Positions 28,670 to 38,274 of a DNA stretch of 64,000 nt are shown here, one piece after another (position 1 is the stretch's first letter; the number at the start of each line of letters is the position of its first letter). This stretch comes from Vicinamibacterales bacterium. GTDB lineage: Bacteria > Acidobacteriota > Vicinamibacteria > Vicinamibacterales > UBA8438. The translations under genes were made by a program, and so were the position numbers. The stretch covers positions 3,814,164 through 3,878,163 of the forward strand of contig OZ241978.1 in assembly GCA_965204175.1 (NCBI GenBank), in the 5' to 3' direction. Below the pieces are notes generated by a model that ran no database searches, had not been told where the DNA came from, and saw only the letters and a program-made list of their open reading frames with translations.

Positions 28670-31051
28670 ATGAGCAGCAGAATCTTCGGCTCCGGAATCC
28701 GCCGCCGCGAAGACCCGCGCCTCATCACGGGGAGCGCGACCTACACGCACGACATCGTCCTGCCGGGCATGGTGCACGCGGCGATGCTCCGCAGCAGCCA
28801 CGCGCACGCCCGGATCACCCGCATCGACACCGAGAAGGCCAGGGTCGCCCCGGGCGTCGTGGCCGTCTACACCGGCGCCGACATCGAGGGCGCCCTGCAG
28901 CCGATGCCCTGCGCCTGGCTGCTTCCCGATTCGGAGCTCAAGATCGCTCCCTATCCGTGCATCGCCAAGGACGTGGTGCGCTACACCGGCGACATCGTGG
29001 CGGCGGTCGTGGCCGAGACGCCGTACCAGGCCCAGGACGCGGCCGATCTCATCGAGGTCCACTACGACCCGCTGCCGACCGTCACCGACCCGGAGAAGGC
29101 CTCCGGCGCCGACGCACCGCAGCTTCACGCCAAGGACCTCAACGGGGAGGACATTTCCGGGAACCAGGCGTTCCACTGGGTCGTGGCGGGCGGCGGCGAC
29201 GTCGACGCGGCCTTCGCCGAGGCCGAGGCCGACGGTGTCGTCATCAAGGAGCGGATCCTCCAGCAGCGGCTGATTCCGAACGCGATGGAGCCGCGCGGGG
29301 CGGTGGCCCAGTACACGCAGGCGACGGGCGAGCTGACGCTCTGGAACACGACCCAGAACCCGCACATCGTGCGTTTCCTCTGCTCGGTGGTCACCGGGAT
29401 TCCGGAGGACAAGCTGCGGGTCATCGCGCCGGAGGTCGGCGGCGGCTTCGGCAGCAAGATCGCCGCCTACCCGGCGGACTTCGTCACGGTGTTCTGCTCG
29501 AAGACGCTGGGCCGGCCGGTCAAGTGGATCGAGACCCGCAGCGAGAACTACCAGGCGACGACGCACGGGCGCGACCACGTCCAGGACGTCGAGCTGGCGG
29601 CCGCGAAGGACGGCAGGATCACCGGGCTGCGCTGCACCGTCCACGCCGGGATGGGCGCGTATCTCTCGACCGCCGCCCCCGGCATCCCGACCATCCTGCA
29701 CGGCCTGATGCTGTCGGGCTGCTACACGATCCCGGCGCTCAAGGAGGACGTCTACGGCGTCTATACCAACGGCGTTCCGGTCGAGGCGTACCGCGGCGCG
29801 GGACGGCCGGAAGCCACGTTCATGCTCGAGCGGCTCATCGACATGCTCGCCAACGAGCTGGACATGGACCCGGCGGACGTCCGGCGGAAGAACTTCATCC
29901 CCAAGTTCGACGACGGCCACGAGGTCGTCACCACGCTGAACTACGACAGCGGCGACTACCCCGGCGCGCTGGAGAAGCTGCTCGATCACACCGGCTACAA
30001 GGCGTTGCGGGAGAAGCAGAAGGCCGGGCCGTCGAACGGGAAGTACCTCGGCCTGGGGCTGTCCTCCTACGTCGAGATCTGCGGTCTCGGACCGTCGCAG
30101 GTCGCCGGCGCCATCGGCTTCCAGGGCGGGCTGTGGGAGAGCGCCATCGTCCGCTTCCACCCCACCGGCAAGGTGCACGTCTTCATCGGCGCCTCGCCGC
30201 ACGGACAGGGCGAGGAGACGACCTTCGCGCAGATCGTCGCCGACGAGATCGGCGTCGACGCGGGCGACGTGAAGATCTTCCACGGCGACACCGACTCGAC
30301 CCCGATGGGCTGGGGCACCTACGGCAGCCGCACCACCGCGGTGGGCGGCGCCGCGCTGGCGCTCGCGGTCCGCAAGATCCGCGAGAAGGCGAAGGTGCTC
30401 GCGGCGCACCTGCTCGAGGCGTCGGTCGACGACATGGACTACGCCGACGGCAAGTTCTTCGTCAAGGGCTCCCCCGACAAGGCGAAGACGATCCAGGACA
30501 TCGCCCTGATGGCCAACGTCGCCTGGAACATGCCGGAGGGGATGGAGGCCGGACTCGAGGCGACGACCTTCTACGACCCGCCCAACTTCGTCTTCCCCTA
30601 CGGCGCCCACCTCGCCGTCGTCGAGGTGGATGCGAGCACCGGGCATGTCGAGCTGACCGGCTACACGGCGCTCGACGACTGCGGGCCGCAGATCAACCCC
30701 ACCATCGTCGAGGGGCAGGTGCACGGCGGCATCGTGCAGGGCGTCGGGCAGGCCCTCTGGGAGGGCGCCGAGTACGACGAGAGCGGACAGCTCGTCACCG
30801 GATCGATGCTCGACTACGCGTTGCCGCGGGCCGACCTGCTGCCCGATCTCGACGTCATCTCGACCGTCACGCGATCTCCGCACCACCCGCTGGGCGTGAA
30901 GGGCATCGGCGAGGCGGGCACGATCGCGTCGACGGCGGCGGTCTACAACGCCGTGATGGACGCGCTGAAGCCGCTGGGGGTCAAGCGGGTGGACATGCCG
31001 TTCACGCCCGAGCGGGTGTGGCGCGCCATCCAGGAAGCGAAGGGGAGCTGA
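28670..31051 (+). CDS. coxL: Molybdopterin-binding large subunit, form II CoxL-like (AYRGAGR motif)
   Basis: RREDPRLITGSATYTHD N-terminus and an aldehyde oxidase/xanthine dehydrogenase fold. The active-site loop reads VEAYRGAGRPEATF, which is the form II signature and not the form I AYxCSFR. Confidence 0.85.
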   Translation: MSSRIFGSGIRRREDPRLITGSATYTHDIVLPGMVHAAMLRSSHAHARITRIDTEKARVAPGVVAVYTGADIEGALQPMPCAWLLPDSELKIAPYPCIAKDVVRYTGDIVAAVVAETPYQAQDAADLIEVHYDPLPTVTDPEKASGADAPQLHAKDLNGEDISGNQAFHWVVAGGGDVDAAFAEAEADGVVIKERILQQRLIPNAMEPRGAVAQYTQATGELTLWNTTQNPHIVRFLCSVVTGIPEDKLRVIAPEVGGGFGSKIAAYPADFVTVFCSKTLGRPVKWIETRSENYQATTHGRDHVQDVELAAAKDGRITGLRCTVHAGMGAYLSTAAPGIPTILHGLMLSGCYTIPALKEDVYGVYTNGVPVEAYRGAGRPEATFMLERLIDMLANELDMDPADVRRKNFIPKFDDGHEVVTTLNYDSGDYPGALEKLLDHTGYKALREKQKAGPSNGKYLGLGLSSYVEICGLGPSQVAGAIGFQGGLWESAIVRFHPTGKVHVFIGASPHGQGEETTFAQIVADEIGVDAGDVKIFHGDTDSTPMGWGTYGSRTTAVGGAALALAVRKIREKAKVLAAHLLEASVDDMDYADGKFFVKGSPDKAKTIQDIALMANVAWNMPEGMEAGLEATTFYDPPNFVFPYGAHLAVVEVDASTGHVELTGYTALDDCGPQINPTIVEGQVHGGIVQGVGQALWEGAEYDESGQLVTGSMLDYALPRADLLPDLDVISTVTRSPHHPLGVKGIGEAGTIASTAAVYNAVMDALKPLGVKRVDMPFTPERVWRAIQEAKGS

Positions 31052-31054
31052 GCC

Positions 31055-31963
31055 ATGTTTGCTGCCGATTTCGAGTACTACCGCGCGGGCTCGGTGGCCG
31101 AGGCCGGCCAACTGCTCGCGGCGCATCCCGGCGCGAAGCTCCTCGCCGGCGGCCACAGCCTGATCCCGCTGCTCAAGCTGCGCCTGGCGGCGCCGGCCGC
31201 GGTGATCGACATCGGGCGCATCGCGGAGCTGCGCGGCATCTCCGCCGACGCCGACGGCCTGCGCATCGGCGCGCTGACCACGCACGCCGAGATCGCGGCG
31301 TCGGACGCGGTCAGGGAGCACACCGCCGCCCTCGCCGAGGCGGCCGGCCAGATCGGCGACCCGGCGGTCCGCAACCGCGGCACCATCGGGGGCAACCTCG
31401 CGCATGCCGATCCGGCGTCGGATCTGCCCACCGTGCTGGCGGCGCTCGGCGCCACGGTCGGCATCACCGGCCCGCAAGGCGAACGGTCGGTAGCGGCGGC
31501 CGATTTCTTCACGGGCGTGATGATGACGACGCTCGGCGAGAACGACCTGCTCACGTCGATTCGCGTGCCGTCGGCCGCGGGCCGCGGCACCGCCTATGTC
31601 AAGTTCTCGCACCCCGCCTCGCGCTACGCGGTCATCGGCGTTGCCGTCTCGCTCGGGATCGGCACCAAGGGCGGCGGCTGGATAGCCAAGATCAAGGGCG
31701 AGCCGAAGGAAACCGTTTGCAACGAGGCGGCGGTCGCCATCGGCGGACTCACGCCGAAGCCGGTACGCTGCGGCGCGGTCGAGGCGGCGCTCAACGACCA
31801 GCCGCCCACGGCCGAGACGTTCGCCGCCGCCGCGGATGCGGTGAACGGGGACGTCGGCGACGACCTGCTCGGTGACGTCTTTGCGTCGGGCGAGTACCGC
31901 AAGGCGGTCGCGCCGGTGTACGTCCGGCGGGCGATCGAGGCCGCGGCGGGGCGGGCCGGTTAG
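31055..31963 (+). CDS. coxM: FAD-binding medium subunit of the molybdoenzyme
   Basis: LLAGGHSLIPLLKLRL, NRGTIGGNLAHADPASD, and a C-terminal CO-dehydrogenase flavoprotein domain (EYRKAV). Confidence 0.85.
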   Translation: MFAADFEYYRAGSVAEAGQLLAAHPGAKLLAGGHSLIPLLKLRLAAPAAVIDIGRIAELRGISADADGLRIGALTTHAEIAASDAVREHTAALAEAAGQIGDPAVRNRGTIGGNLAHADPASDLPTVLAALGATVGITGPQGERSVAAADFFTGVMMTTLGENDLLTSIRVPSAAGRGTAYVKFSHPASRYAVIGVAVSLGIGTKGGGWIAKIKGEPKETVCNEAAVAIGGLTPKPVRCGAVEAALNDQPPTAETFAAAADAVNGDVGDDLLGDVFASGEYRKAVAPVYVRRAIEAAAGRAG

Positions 31964-31983
31964 GCTTGCGCGATACGGGGGAA

Positions 31984-32397
31984 TCACAGCGAACCCCGTG
32001 GCGCCACCCACTCCATGCTCTGCCGCGTGACCGCGGCGATGGTGTCGAAGTCCGCGTCGTAGTGCAGCACCGTCATGCCGGCCGCCTCGGCGGCGGCCGC
32101 GATGATCAGGTCCGGTATCGGCAGGCGGTGGCGCCCCCGGGCGGCGAGCAGCCCCTGCACTTCGATGGCCCGTTCGAACGTCGCGCCGGTCAATTCGAGC
32201 TGGCGATAGGCGAGTTGCCGGCGGGCGCGGGTACGCGCGTGCTCGTCCCGATTGCGGGCGGAGTACAGGACCTCCAGCTCGATGATGGCGCACGTCGCCG
32301 CGTCGCCCGCTGCGATGACGGGTGCGAGCCGCGCCTGGACGCGCGGGTCCTCCATGCGGGCCAGCGCGCTCTTGTCGATGAGATAGACATGCATCAC
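31984..32397 (-). CDS. vapC: PIN-domain toxin, VapC family
   Basis: MHVYLIDKSAL...IIELEVLYSARN...IPDLIIAAAAEAAGMTVLHYDADFDTI gives the D...E...D...D acidic quartet spacing of PIN nucleases. It lies downstream of a small antitoxin ORF. Confidence 0.8.
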   Translation of the reverse strand: MMHVYLIDKSALARMEDPRVQARLAPVIAAGDAATCAIIELEVLYSARNRDEHARTRARRQLAYRQLELTGATFERAIEVQGLLAARGRHRLPIPDLIIAAAAEAAGMTVLHYDADFDTIAAVTRQSMEWVAPRGSL

Positions 32398-32449
32398 CCG
32401 CGCCTCGCGGCTCCCGATGCTGCGCGGAAGTCCACCACGGCCTGCCGGG

Positions 32450-32659
32450 TCAGGATCGCCAAGCCTTCGCCATCACCTTCTCGTCGGCCAGGTCGAGTCC
32501 GTCCATGACGGCGAGCGCCGCGATCTCCCGGCGCCGCGCCTCGGCACGTACGACCTCACGCAACGCGCCGTCAATCGTCTCCTTGATCGACGACGTTCCC
32601 AGCACGTCCCGCACCTGCTCCAGCAGGCGATCATCGACGTCGACACTCGTTTTCCGCAT
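32450..32659 (-). CDS. vapB: Type II antitoxin, VapB-like (DUF2191/RHH-type)
   Basis: MRKTSVDVDDRLLEQVRDVLGTSSIKETIDGALREVVR... is a typical small antitoxin N-terminus. Start taken at the internal Met of ORF 32450-32779. Confidence 0.7.
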   Translation of the reverse strand: MRKTSVDVDDRLLEQVRDVLGTSSIKETIDGALREVVRAEARRREIAALAVMDGLDLADEKVMAKAWRS

Positions 32660-32739
32660 GGGAATCCCTTCCTGCACCTGCCCTCCATGATATACCAGCA
32701 CCCTCTTATTTGATATCATCGCAGCCTGTGAATCGATCA

Positions 32740-33702
32740 ATGCCCTCCTCGACGCCTGCATCCATCTCGACGCCTGCATCCATCGACGATCTCGGACGGC
32801 TCCTTGCGAAGCACCTGTACATCGCCGACGACGGACTGGCGACGGCCATCTACCTGGCGCTGAAGCTGCGCCGGCCGTTGTTGCTCGAGGGCGAAGCGGG
32901 GGTCGGCAAGACCGAGGTCGCCAAGGTACTCTCGACGGCGCTCGGCGCCGACCTCATCCGGCTGCAGTGCTACGAGGGACTCGACGTCACCCACGCCGTC
33001 TACGAGTGGAACTATGCGCGGCAGTTGATCGAGATCCGACTCGGCGAGGCGGCCGGCGATCAGTCACGCGACCGGCGTGGGCGGGCCCGCGAGCTGTTCG
33101 GCCCCGACTTCCTGATCGAGCGCCCGTTGCTGCAGGCGCTGCGGCAGCGCGAACGTCCCCCTGTGCTCCTGATCGACGAGCTCGACCGCGCCGACGAGGA
33201 GTTCGAGGGCTACCTGCTGGAGTTGCTCTCGGACTTCCAGATCACGATTCCCGAGCTCGGCACGATCAAGGCGACGGCGCCGCCGGTTGTCATCATCACC
33301 TCCAACCGCACCCGCGAGCTGCACGACGCCCTCAAGCGGCGTTGCGTCTATGCCTGGATCGACTACCCGAGCTTCGAGAAGGAACTGCGGATCGTCACGA
33401 CGAAGGTGCCCGAGGCGCCTGCCGCGCTCGCCGAGCAGGTGACCGGGTTCGTGCAGGAGCTGCGGCAGGCCGACCTCTACAAGGTCACCGGCGTGTCCGA
33501 GACACTCGATTGGGTTGCGGCCCTCGTCGCGCTCGACAAGCAGGAGCTGGACGCAGCCACCATCGACCGCACCCTGGGCATCGTCCTCAAGACGCAGGAG
33601 GACATGCAGAACGTCCGCGGCGAGCAGATTCAGCAGATGCTGAACCGGGCGAAGACGCCGGGGGCCCGACCGGCCCGATCGGCTGCGCCGGCGCGCGCCT
33701 GA
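32740..33702 (+). CDS. coxD: MoxR-family AAA+ ATPase (CoxD-like)
   Basis: Walker A LLLEGEAGVGKTEVAK, Walker B VLLIDELDRADEEFE, and ITSNRTRELHDALKRRC as in MoxR/CoxD. Confidence 0.85.
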   Translation: MPSSTPASISTPASIDDLGRLLAKHLYIADDGLATAIYLALKLRRPLLLEGEAGVGKTEVAKVLSTALGADLIRLQCYEGLDVTHAVYEWNYARQLIEIRLGEAAGDQSRDRRGRARELFGPDFLIERPLLQALRQRERPPVLLIDELDRADEEFEGYLLELLSDFQITIPELGTIKATAPPVVIITSNRTRELHDALKRRCVYAWIDYPSFEKELRIVTTKVPEAPAALAEQVTGFVQELRQADLYKVTGVSETLDWVAALVALDKQELDAATIDRTLGIVLKTQEDMQNVRGEQIQQMLNRAKTPGARPARSAAPARA

Positions 33703-33723
33703 CGCGTCACGCGAGAGGCAGCC

Positions 33724-34923
33724 GTGTCCTTCCTCCTCCACAACCTGCTGCACTTCACCCGCCTGCTCCACCGGCTGGGCCTCGACGTGCAGGCCGGCCG
33801 GGCGCGCGAGGTGGCGGCGGCGCTGGCGCACGTCGACGTCGGGCGCCGGACGGACTTCTACCACACGTTGCGCAGCCTGCTCATCCATCGCGCCGACGAC
33901 CTCGCGGTGTTCGACGAGGCGTTCCGCGTGTTCTGGCGCCGACCGCACGGCGACTGGACCGAGAAGGACCTGAGCGCGATGGGCGAGAAGCGCCGCTCGG
34001 GGGCGCCGGAGTACGAGTCGGAGGCGCCGGAAGCGAATGCGGAGGGCGAAGGCGGGCAGCGCCGGGACGGCTACCAGGTGGAACGGATGGCCGTGCTCAG
34101 CTACAGCGACCGCGAGTCGCTGTACGCAAAGGACTTCGAGCAGTTCACCGAGGACGAGCTGGCCGCGGCCGAGCGGATGATGGCCGATCTGCATTGGGAT
34201 CCGGGCGAGCGCACGTCCAAGCGCTGGATGCCCGGCCGGGGACCGGCGCTCGACCTGCGCCGCGCGGTGCGCGCCAACATGCGCTACGGCGGCGAGCTGA
34301 TCGACCTGCCGGAGCGGCGGCGCAAGACCAAACACCGGCCGCTGATCCTGCTCTGCGACGTCAGCGGCTCAATGGAGCGCTACAGCCGGATGCTGCTCCA
34401 CTTCGTTCACGCGCTGACCGGCGGCGGACGGCTGGGCCGGGTCGAATCGTTCGTCTTCGCGACGCGATTGACCCGCGTCACCCGGCAGCTCGTCACGCGC
34501 AAGGCCGAGGTCGCCGTACCCCGCCTGCCGCGCTCCATCGCCGACTTCGGCGGCGGCACGCGCATCGGCGACGCGCTGCGCGCGTTCAACGTCGAGTGGG
34601 CGCGGCGGGTCCGCGGCCAGGGTCCCGTCGTGCTGCTGATATCCGACGGCTGGGACCGTGGCGAGCCCGAACGGCTGCGGACGGAGATCGCGCGCCTCCA
34701 GCGCTCGTGCCAGCGACTGATCTGGCTGAATCCGTTGCTGGGGTCACCCGACTACGTGCCGTTGACCCGCGGCATGCAGGCGGCGCTGCCGCACATCGAC
34801 GACTTCCTCCCGGTCCACAACCTGGCCAGCCTGGAAGCGCTGGCCCGCCACCTGAACAGCCTGCCGGCGCACCGCCCGGCCCGGTCTGCCGCCCGGTTCC
34901 AGCCGAGTCGGCCGGCCGCGTGA
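33724..34923 (+). CDS. coxE: vWA domain-containing CoxE-like protein
   Basis: The N-terminus LLHFTRLLHRLGLDV...TDFYHTLRSLLIHRADDLAVFDEAFRVFW and the MIDAS LCDVSGSME match the CoxE/VWA family, directly after the MoxR ATPase. Confidence 0.8.
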   Translation: MSFLLHNLLHFTRLLHRLGLDVQAGRAREVAAALAHVDVGRRTDFYHTLRSLLIHRADDLAVFDEAFRVFWRRPHGDWTEKDLSAMGEKRRSGAPEYESEAPEANAEGEGGQRRDGYQVERMAVLSYSDRESLYAKDFEQFTEDELAAAERMMADLHWDPGERTSKRWMPGRGPALDLRRAVRANMRYGGELIDLPERRRKTKHRPLILLCDVSGSMERYSRMLLHFVHALTGGGRLGRVESFVFATRLTRVTRQLVTRKAEVAVPRLPRSIADFGGGTRIGDALRAFNVEWARRVRGQGPVVLLISDGWDRGEPERLRTEIARLQRSCQRLIWLNPLLGSPDYVPLTRGMQAALPHIDDFLPVHNLASLEALARHLNSLPAHRPARSAARFQPSRPAA

Positions 34924-35062
34924 ACACCGCATACGGCGACACCCCTCCGCACTTCCGAACCCGCGCGTATCGTGCGACAGCCGAGTCGGCGGCCGGCGTT
35001 CCGGCCGTGCCGGCGCGCGACGCGCGCGGCACCTGCCGCCCGATTCTCTGTATGCTCAACAG

Positions 35063-35521
35063 ATGGAAGTTTCGGCCACGTATGCGTTCGACGCACCGCG
35101 ACAACAGGTCTGGGAGCTGCTGATCGATCCAGAGGTCATCGCCGGCTGCCTCCCCGGCTGCGAAGCGATGGAGCCGACCGGCGACGACACCTGGCGGGCC
35201 ATCCTGACCATCGGCATCGCCGCCATCACCGGACGCTACGAGGGCACGGTGCGCATGAGCGACAAGAACGAGCCGGCGGGCTACACGCTGGTCGTCGAGG
35301 GCAGGGGCAAGCCCGGGTTCGTGAACGGCTCGGCGAACGTCGCGCTGGCGGAAGCCGACGGCGGCGCCCGCACGAGCGTGGCGGTGACCGGGAAGGCGCA
35401 GGTCGGCGGCACCATCGCCCGGGTCGGCCAGCGGCTGTTGGGCGGCGTCTCGAAGATGATGATGGACCGCTTCTTCGCCTGCCTGCAGGAGCGCGCCAAG
35501 GCGGCGGGAGCCGGCTCGTGA
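35063..35521 (+). CDS. coxG: SRPBCC-fold CoxG family protein
   Basis: MEVSATYAFDAPRQQVWELLIDPEVIAGCLPGCE...GKAQVGGTIARVGQRLLGGVSKMMMDRFFACL is typical of carbon monoxide dehydrogenase subunit G. Confidence 0.85.
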   Translation: MEVSATYAFDAPRQQVWELLIDPEVIAGCLPGCEAMEPTGDDTWRAILTIGIAAITGRYEGTVRMSDKNEPAGYTLVVEGRGKPGFVNGSANVALAEADGGARTSVAVTGKAQVGGTIARVGQRLLGGVSKMMMDRFFACLQERAKAAGAGS

Positions 35522-37050
35522 CGTCCCTGCTGTTGCGCGCCCTGGCCGCCGTCGTGGTGCTCGCGGCATTCGCGGCCGGCGTCGTCGGGTTCCTCGTCGT
35601 CGCCTTCGACATGCAGATCGAGTTCGCCGGCAACGGGATGCGCCCGCTCTTCTCCTTCGGCGCCCCGGAGGCCCACTACGCGGTACTGGAAGCCGATCGT
35701 GCGAGCCGGCCGGCCGACCGCGAAGCGCCGCTGCCGGAGTCGGGCGGCCCCGCGGCAGCGGAGCGCATGGCGGGCGGGTCCGGCGAGATCGCGGATCCCG
35801 GCGCATCGACCGCCGCGGCCGGCGCCACCCCCTCTCTCGCGGGGGGCGACGCGGCAGAACCCGATCCGGCGACACCGGCCGCACGGGAGCACGACGCCTA
35901 TTGGACGGACTTCCGCGGCCCGCGCCGCGACGGGCTCTACACGCAAACCGCGATCCGCAGCGAATGGCCCGCCACCGGGCTGCAGCCGCTCTGGGTCCAG
36001 CCGGTCGGCGGCGGTTACGCGTCCTTCGTCATCGCCGGCGGGCGGGCGTTCACCATCGAGCAACGCCGGGACGAAGAGGTGGTCGCCGCGTACGACATCG
36101 ACACGGGCGCCGAGCGCTGGACGTACGCCTGGCCCGCGCACTTCCGGGAGGCGATGGGCGGACCGGGACCGCGCGCGACGCCGACGTGGCACGACGGCCG
36201 GCTCTACGCACTCGGCGCGACCGGGCGGTTGGCCTGCCTGGACGCCGCTACCGGCGCGGTACTCTGGGAACGGGACATCCTGGACGACGCCGGCGCCTCC
36301 AACCTGCCCTGGGCGATGTCCGGCGCTCCCCTCGTCGTCGACGATCTGGTCGTCGTCCAGCCGGGGGGAACTCGCAATTGGTCTATCGCCGCCTACGACC
36401 GACTGACCGGCGACGTCGTCTGGCACGGGCTGGACGACGTGCAGAGCTACACGTCGCCGATGCTGGCCACGCTGGGCGGGGTGCGGCAGATCGTGGTGGT
36501 GACGGCCGAGCGGGCCGCGGGCCTGCATCCGTCGGACGGCACGCTGCTGTGGGAGTACCCCTGGACCGTGCGGGTCGTGCCCAACATCGCGCAACCGCTT
36601 GTCGCCGGCGACACGCGGCTCTTCCTCTCCGCCGGCTACGGGAAGGGCGCCGCGCTCGTCGAGCTGACCCCGGACGGCGACCGCTTCAACGCGGCGACGG
36701 TCTGGGAAACGAACCGGATGAAGAACAAGTTCAGCAGCTCGGTGCTGATCGACGGCTACATCTACGGTCTCGACGAATCGATCCTGGCCTGTATCGACGC
36801 CGGCACCGGCGAGCTGATGTGGAAGGGCGGGCGCTACGGCTACGGCCAGCTCCTGGCCGCGGACGATCATCTGGTCGTGCTGACCGAACGGGGCGATCTC
36901 GTGCTGGTGCGGGCCACGCCGGAGGGCCACCAGGAGGTGGCCCGCTTCCGCGCCATCGACGGCAAGACCTGGAACGTCCCTGCGATGGCGGACGGTCGCA
37001 TCCTGGTGCGGAACACGCGGCAGATGGCCGCGTTCGACCTGTCGCCGTAA
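35518..37050 (+). CDS. PQQ-like beta-propeller repeat protein (BamB-like fold), membrane-anchored
   Basis: The GTG start overlaps the coxG stop (GTGA). N-terminal TM, then repeated ...G.V.W... blades (LDAATGAVLWERD, DRLTGDVVWHG, PSDGTLLWEY, DAGTGELMWKG). Confidence 0.7.
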   Translation: MTSLLLRALAAVVVLAAFAAGVVGFLVVAFDMQIEFAGNGMRPLFSFGAPEAHYAVLEADRASRPADREAPLPESGGPAAAERMAGGSGEIADPGASTAAAGATPSLAGGDAAEPDPATPAAREHDAYWTDFRGPRRDGLYTQTAIRSEWPATGLQPLWVQPVGGGYASFVIAGGRAFTIEQRRDEEVVAAYDIDTGAERWTYAWPAHFREAMGGPGPRATPTWHDGRLYALGATGRLACLDAATGAVLWERDILDDAGASNLPWAMSGAPLVVDDLVVVQPGGTRNWSIAAYDRLTGDVVWHGLDDVQSYTSPMLATLGGVRQIVVVTAERAAGLHPSDGTLLWEYPWTVRVVPNIAQPLVAGDTRLFLSAGYGKGAALVELTPDGDRFNAATVWETNRMKNKFSSSVLIDGYIYGLDESILACIDAGTGELMWKGGRYGYGQLLAADDHLVVLTERGDLVLVRATPEGHQEVARFRAIDGKTWNVPAMADGRILVRNTRQMAAFDLSP

Positions 37051-37176
37051 ACAGGCTGCGTCCCGGCGAGACGATCGCCGGCCGGCGATCTCGCGGACGC
37101 GGCGCCGCGGGCCCGCCACGCGGCGGCTCGGCCCCCTCCTGTTGCAGGCGATCTCACGGACGCGGCGGCGGGCCGG

Positions 37177-38088
37177 CTATGCACGCTTCCGCCTCCGGAC
37201 CGGCGCCGCCGCGGCGTCCACGTCGGCCGCATCCGCGGCCGCTCGCGCGGTGCGCCGGGTCGTCTTCTTCCCGCCCCGTTTCGCCGGCGCCTTGACCGGC
37301 TTCTTCTTCGATGCGCTGACCTGATCGAGGCTCTTGCGCAGCGCCTCCATCAGGTTGACGACCTTGGCCGGGGAATCGGCCTCCGTCTCGACCACCTCCT
37401 CGCCCGCGACCTTCGCGTCGATGATCCGGCGCAGCTCCGCCTGGTACTCGTCGGTGAACTCCGACAGGTCGAGATCGCCCGCGAAGGTGCCGATCACCTG
37501 GCGCGCGAGTTGCACCTCGGCGTCGTTGACGCTCTCCGGCAGATCCTCCAGCTCGTCGATCGCCGACATCCGGCGCACCTCGCTCGCGGCCCGCAGGGTG
37601 AACATCATCAGGCCCTTGTCGCGCGGCTGCACCGCGACCAGGTACTCGCGGCCGAGGAGCGCCAGCTTGCCGATGCCCGCCTTGCCCTCGAGCGCCTCGC
37701 GGAGCACCGCGAACGCCTCGGCCGCCACCTTGCCGTCCGGCGCGAGGTAGAACGGACGCTCGACGTAGATGGGATCGATCGACTCGACGTCGGCGAACCG
37801 CAGCAGGTTGATGATGCGGGTCGACTCGGGCTTCGCCTTGGAGATGTCCTCGTCGTCCACGACGACGTAGCGGCCCTTCTCGAACTCGTAGCCCTTGACG
37901 ATCTCGGACTTGTCGACCTCGCGGTCACACTCCTCGCACCACTTCTTCTGGCGGATGCGCGTCCGGCATTCCGCGTGCAACTGATTGAACCGGACCACGC
38001 CGGTCGTGTTGGTCGCGGGAAACACCCGTACCGGAACGGTCACCAGGCTCACCTTCAGGTGGCCCTTCCAAGTCGGACGTGCGGCCAT
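37177..38088 (-). CDS. ku: Non-homologous end-joining protein Ku
   Basis: MAARPTWKGHLKVSLVTVPVRVFPA...FNQLH...C.RIRQKKWCEEC... is a canonical bacterial Ku, with a Lys/Arg-rich C-terminal tail. Confidence 0.9.
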   Translation of the reverse strand: MAARPTWKGHLKVSLVTVPVRVFPATNTTGVVRFNQLHAECRTRIRQKKWCEECDREVDKSEIVKGYEFEKGRYVVVDDEDISKAKPESTRIINLLRFADVESIDPIYVERPFYLAPDGKVAAEAFAVLREALEGKAGIGKLALLGREYLVAVQPRDKGLMMFTLRAASEVRRMSAIDELEDLPESVNDAEVQLARQVIGTFAGDLDLSEFTDEYQAELRRIIDAKVAGEEVVETEADSPAKVVNLMEALRKSLDQVSASKKKPVKAPAKRGGKKTTRRTARAAADAADVDAAAAPVRRRKRA

Positions 38089-38274
38089 CGGTCGTGCTCC
38101 TTGCTCTCTACTCCATGACTATATCGGCACGAGCGCCGCCAAGCCCGTCGCAAGGCTCCGTGTTCGGCCCCAGCCACATCGCCACAGGACTTTGCGCCGC
38201 GGAACTCACTTCCGTTGCGTTCTGCGGCGCAGGCTCCCAGCCGCCCCGCGGTTCCCGTATGCTGGTGGCTTCGC

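Noticed and set aside
31964-32010. The hairpin ACGGGG-N13-CCCCGT after coxM as a rho-independent terminator.
   Set aside because: There is no downstream T-tract, and the element overlaps the 3' end of the convergent vapC CDS. This is not enough to call.
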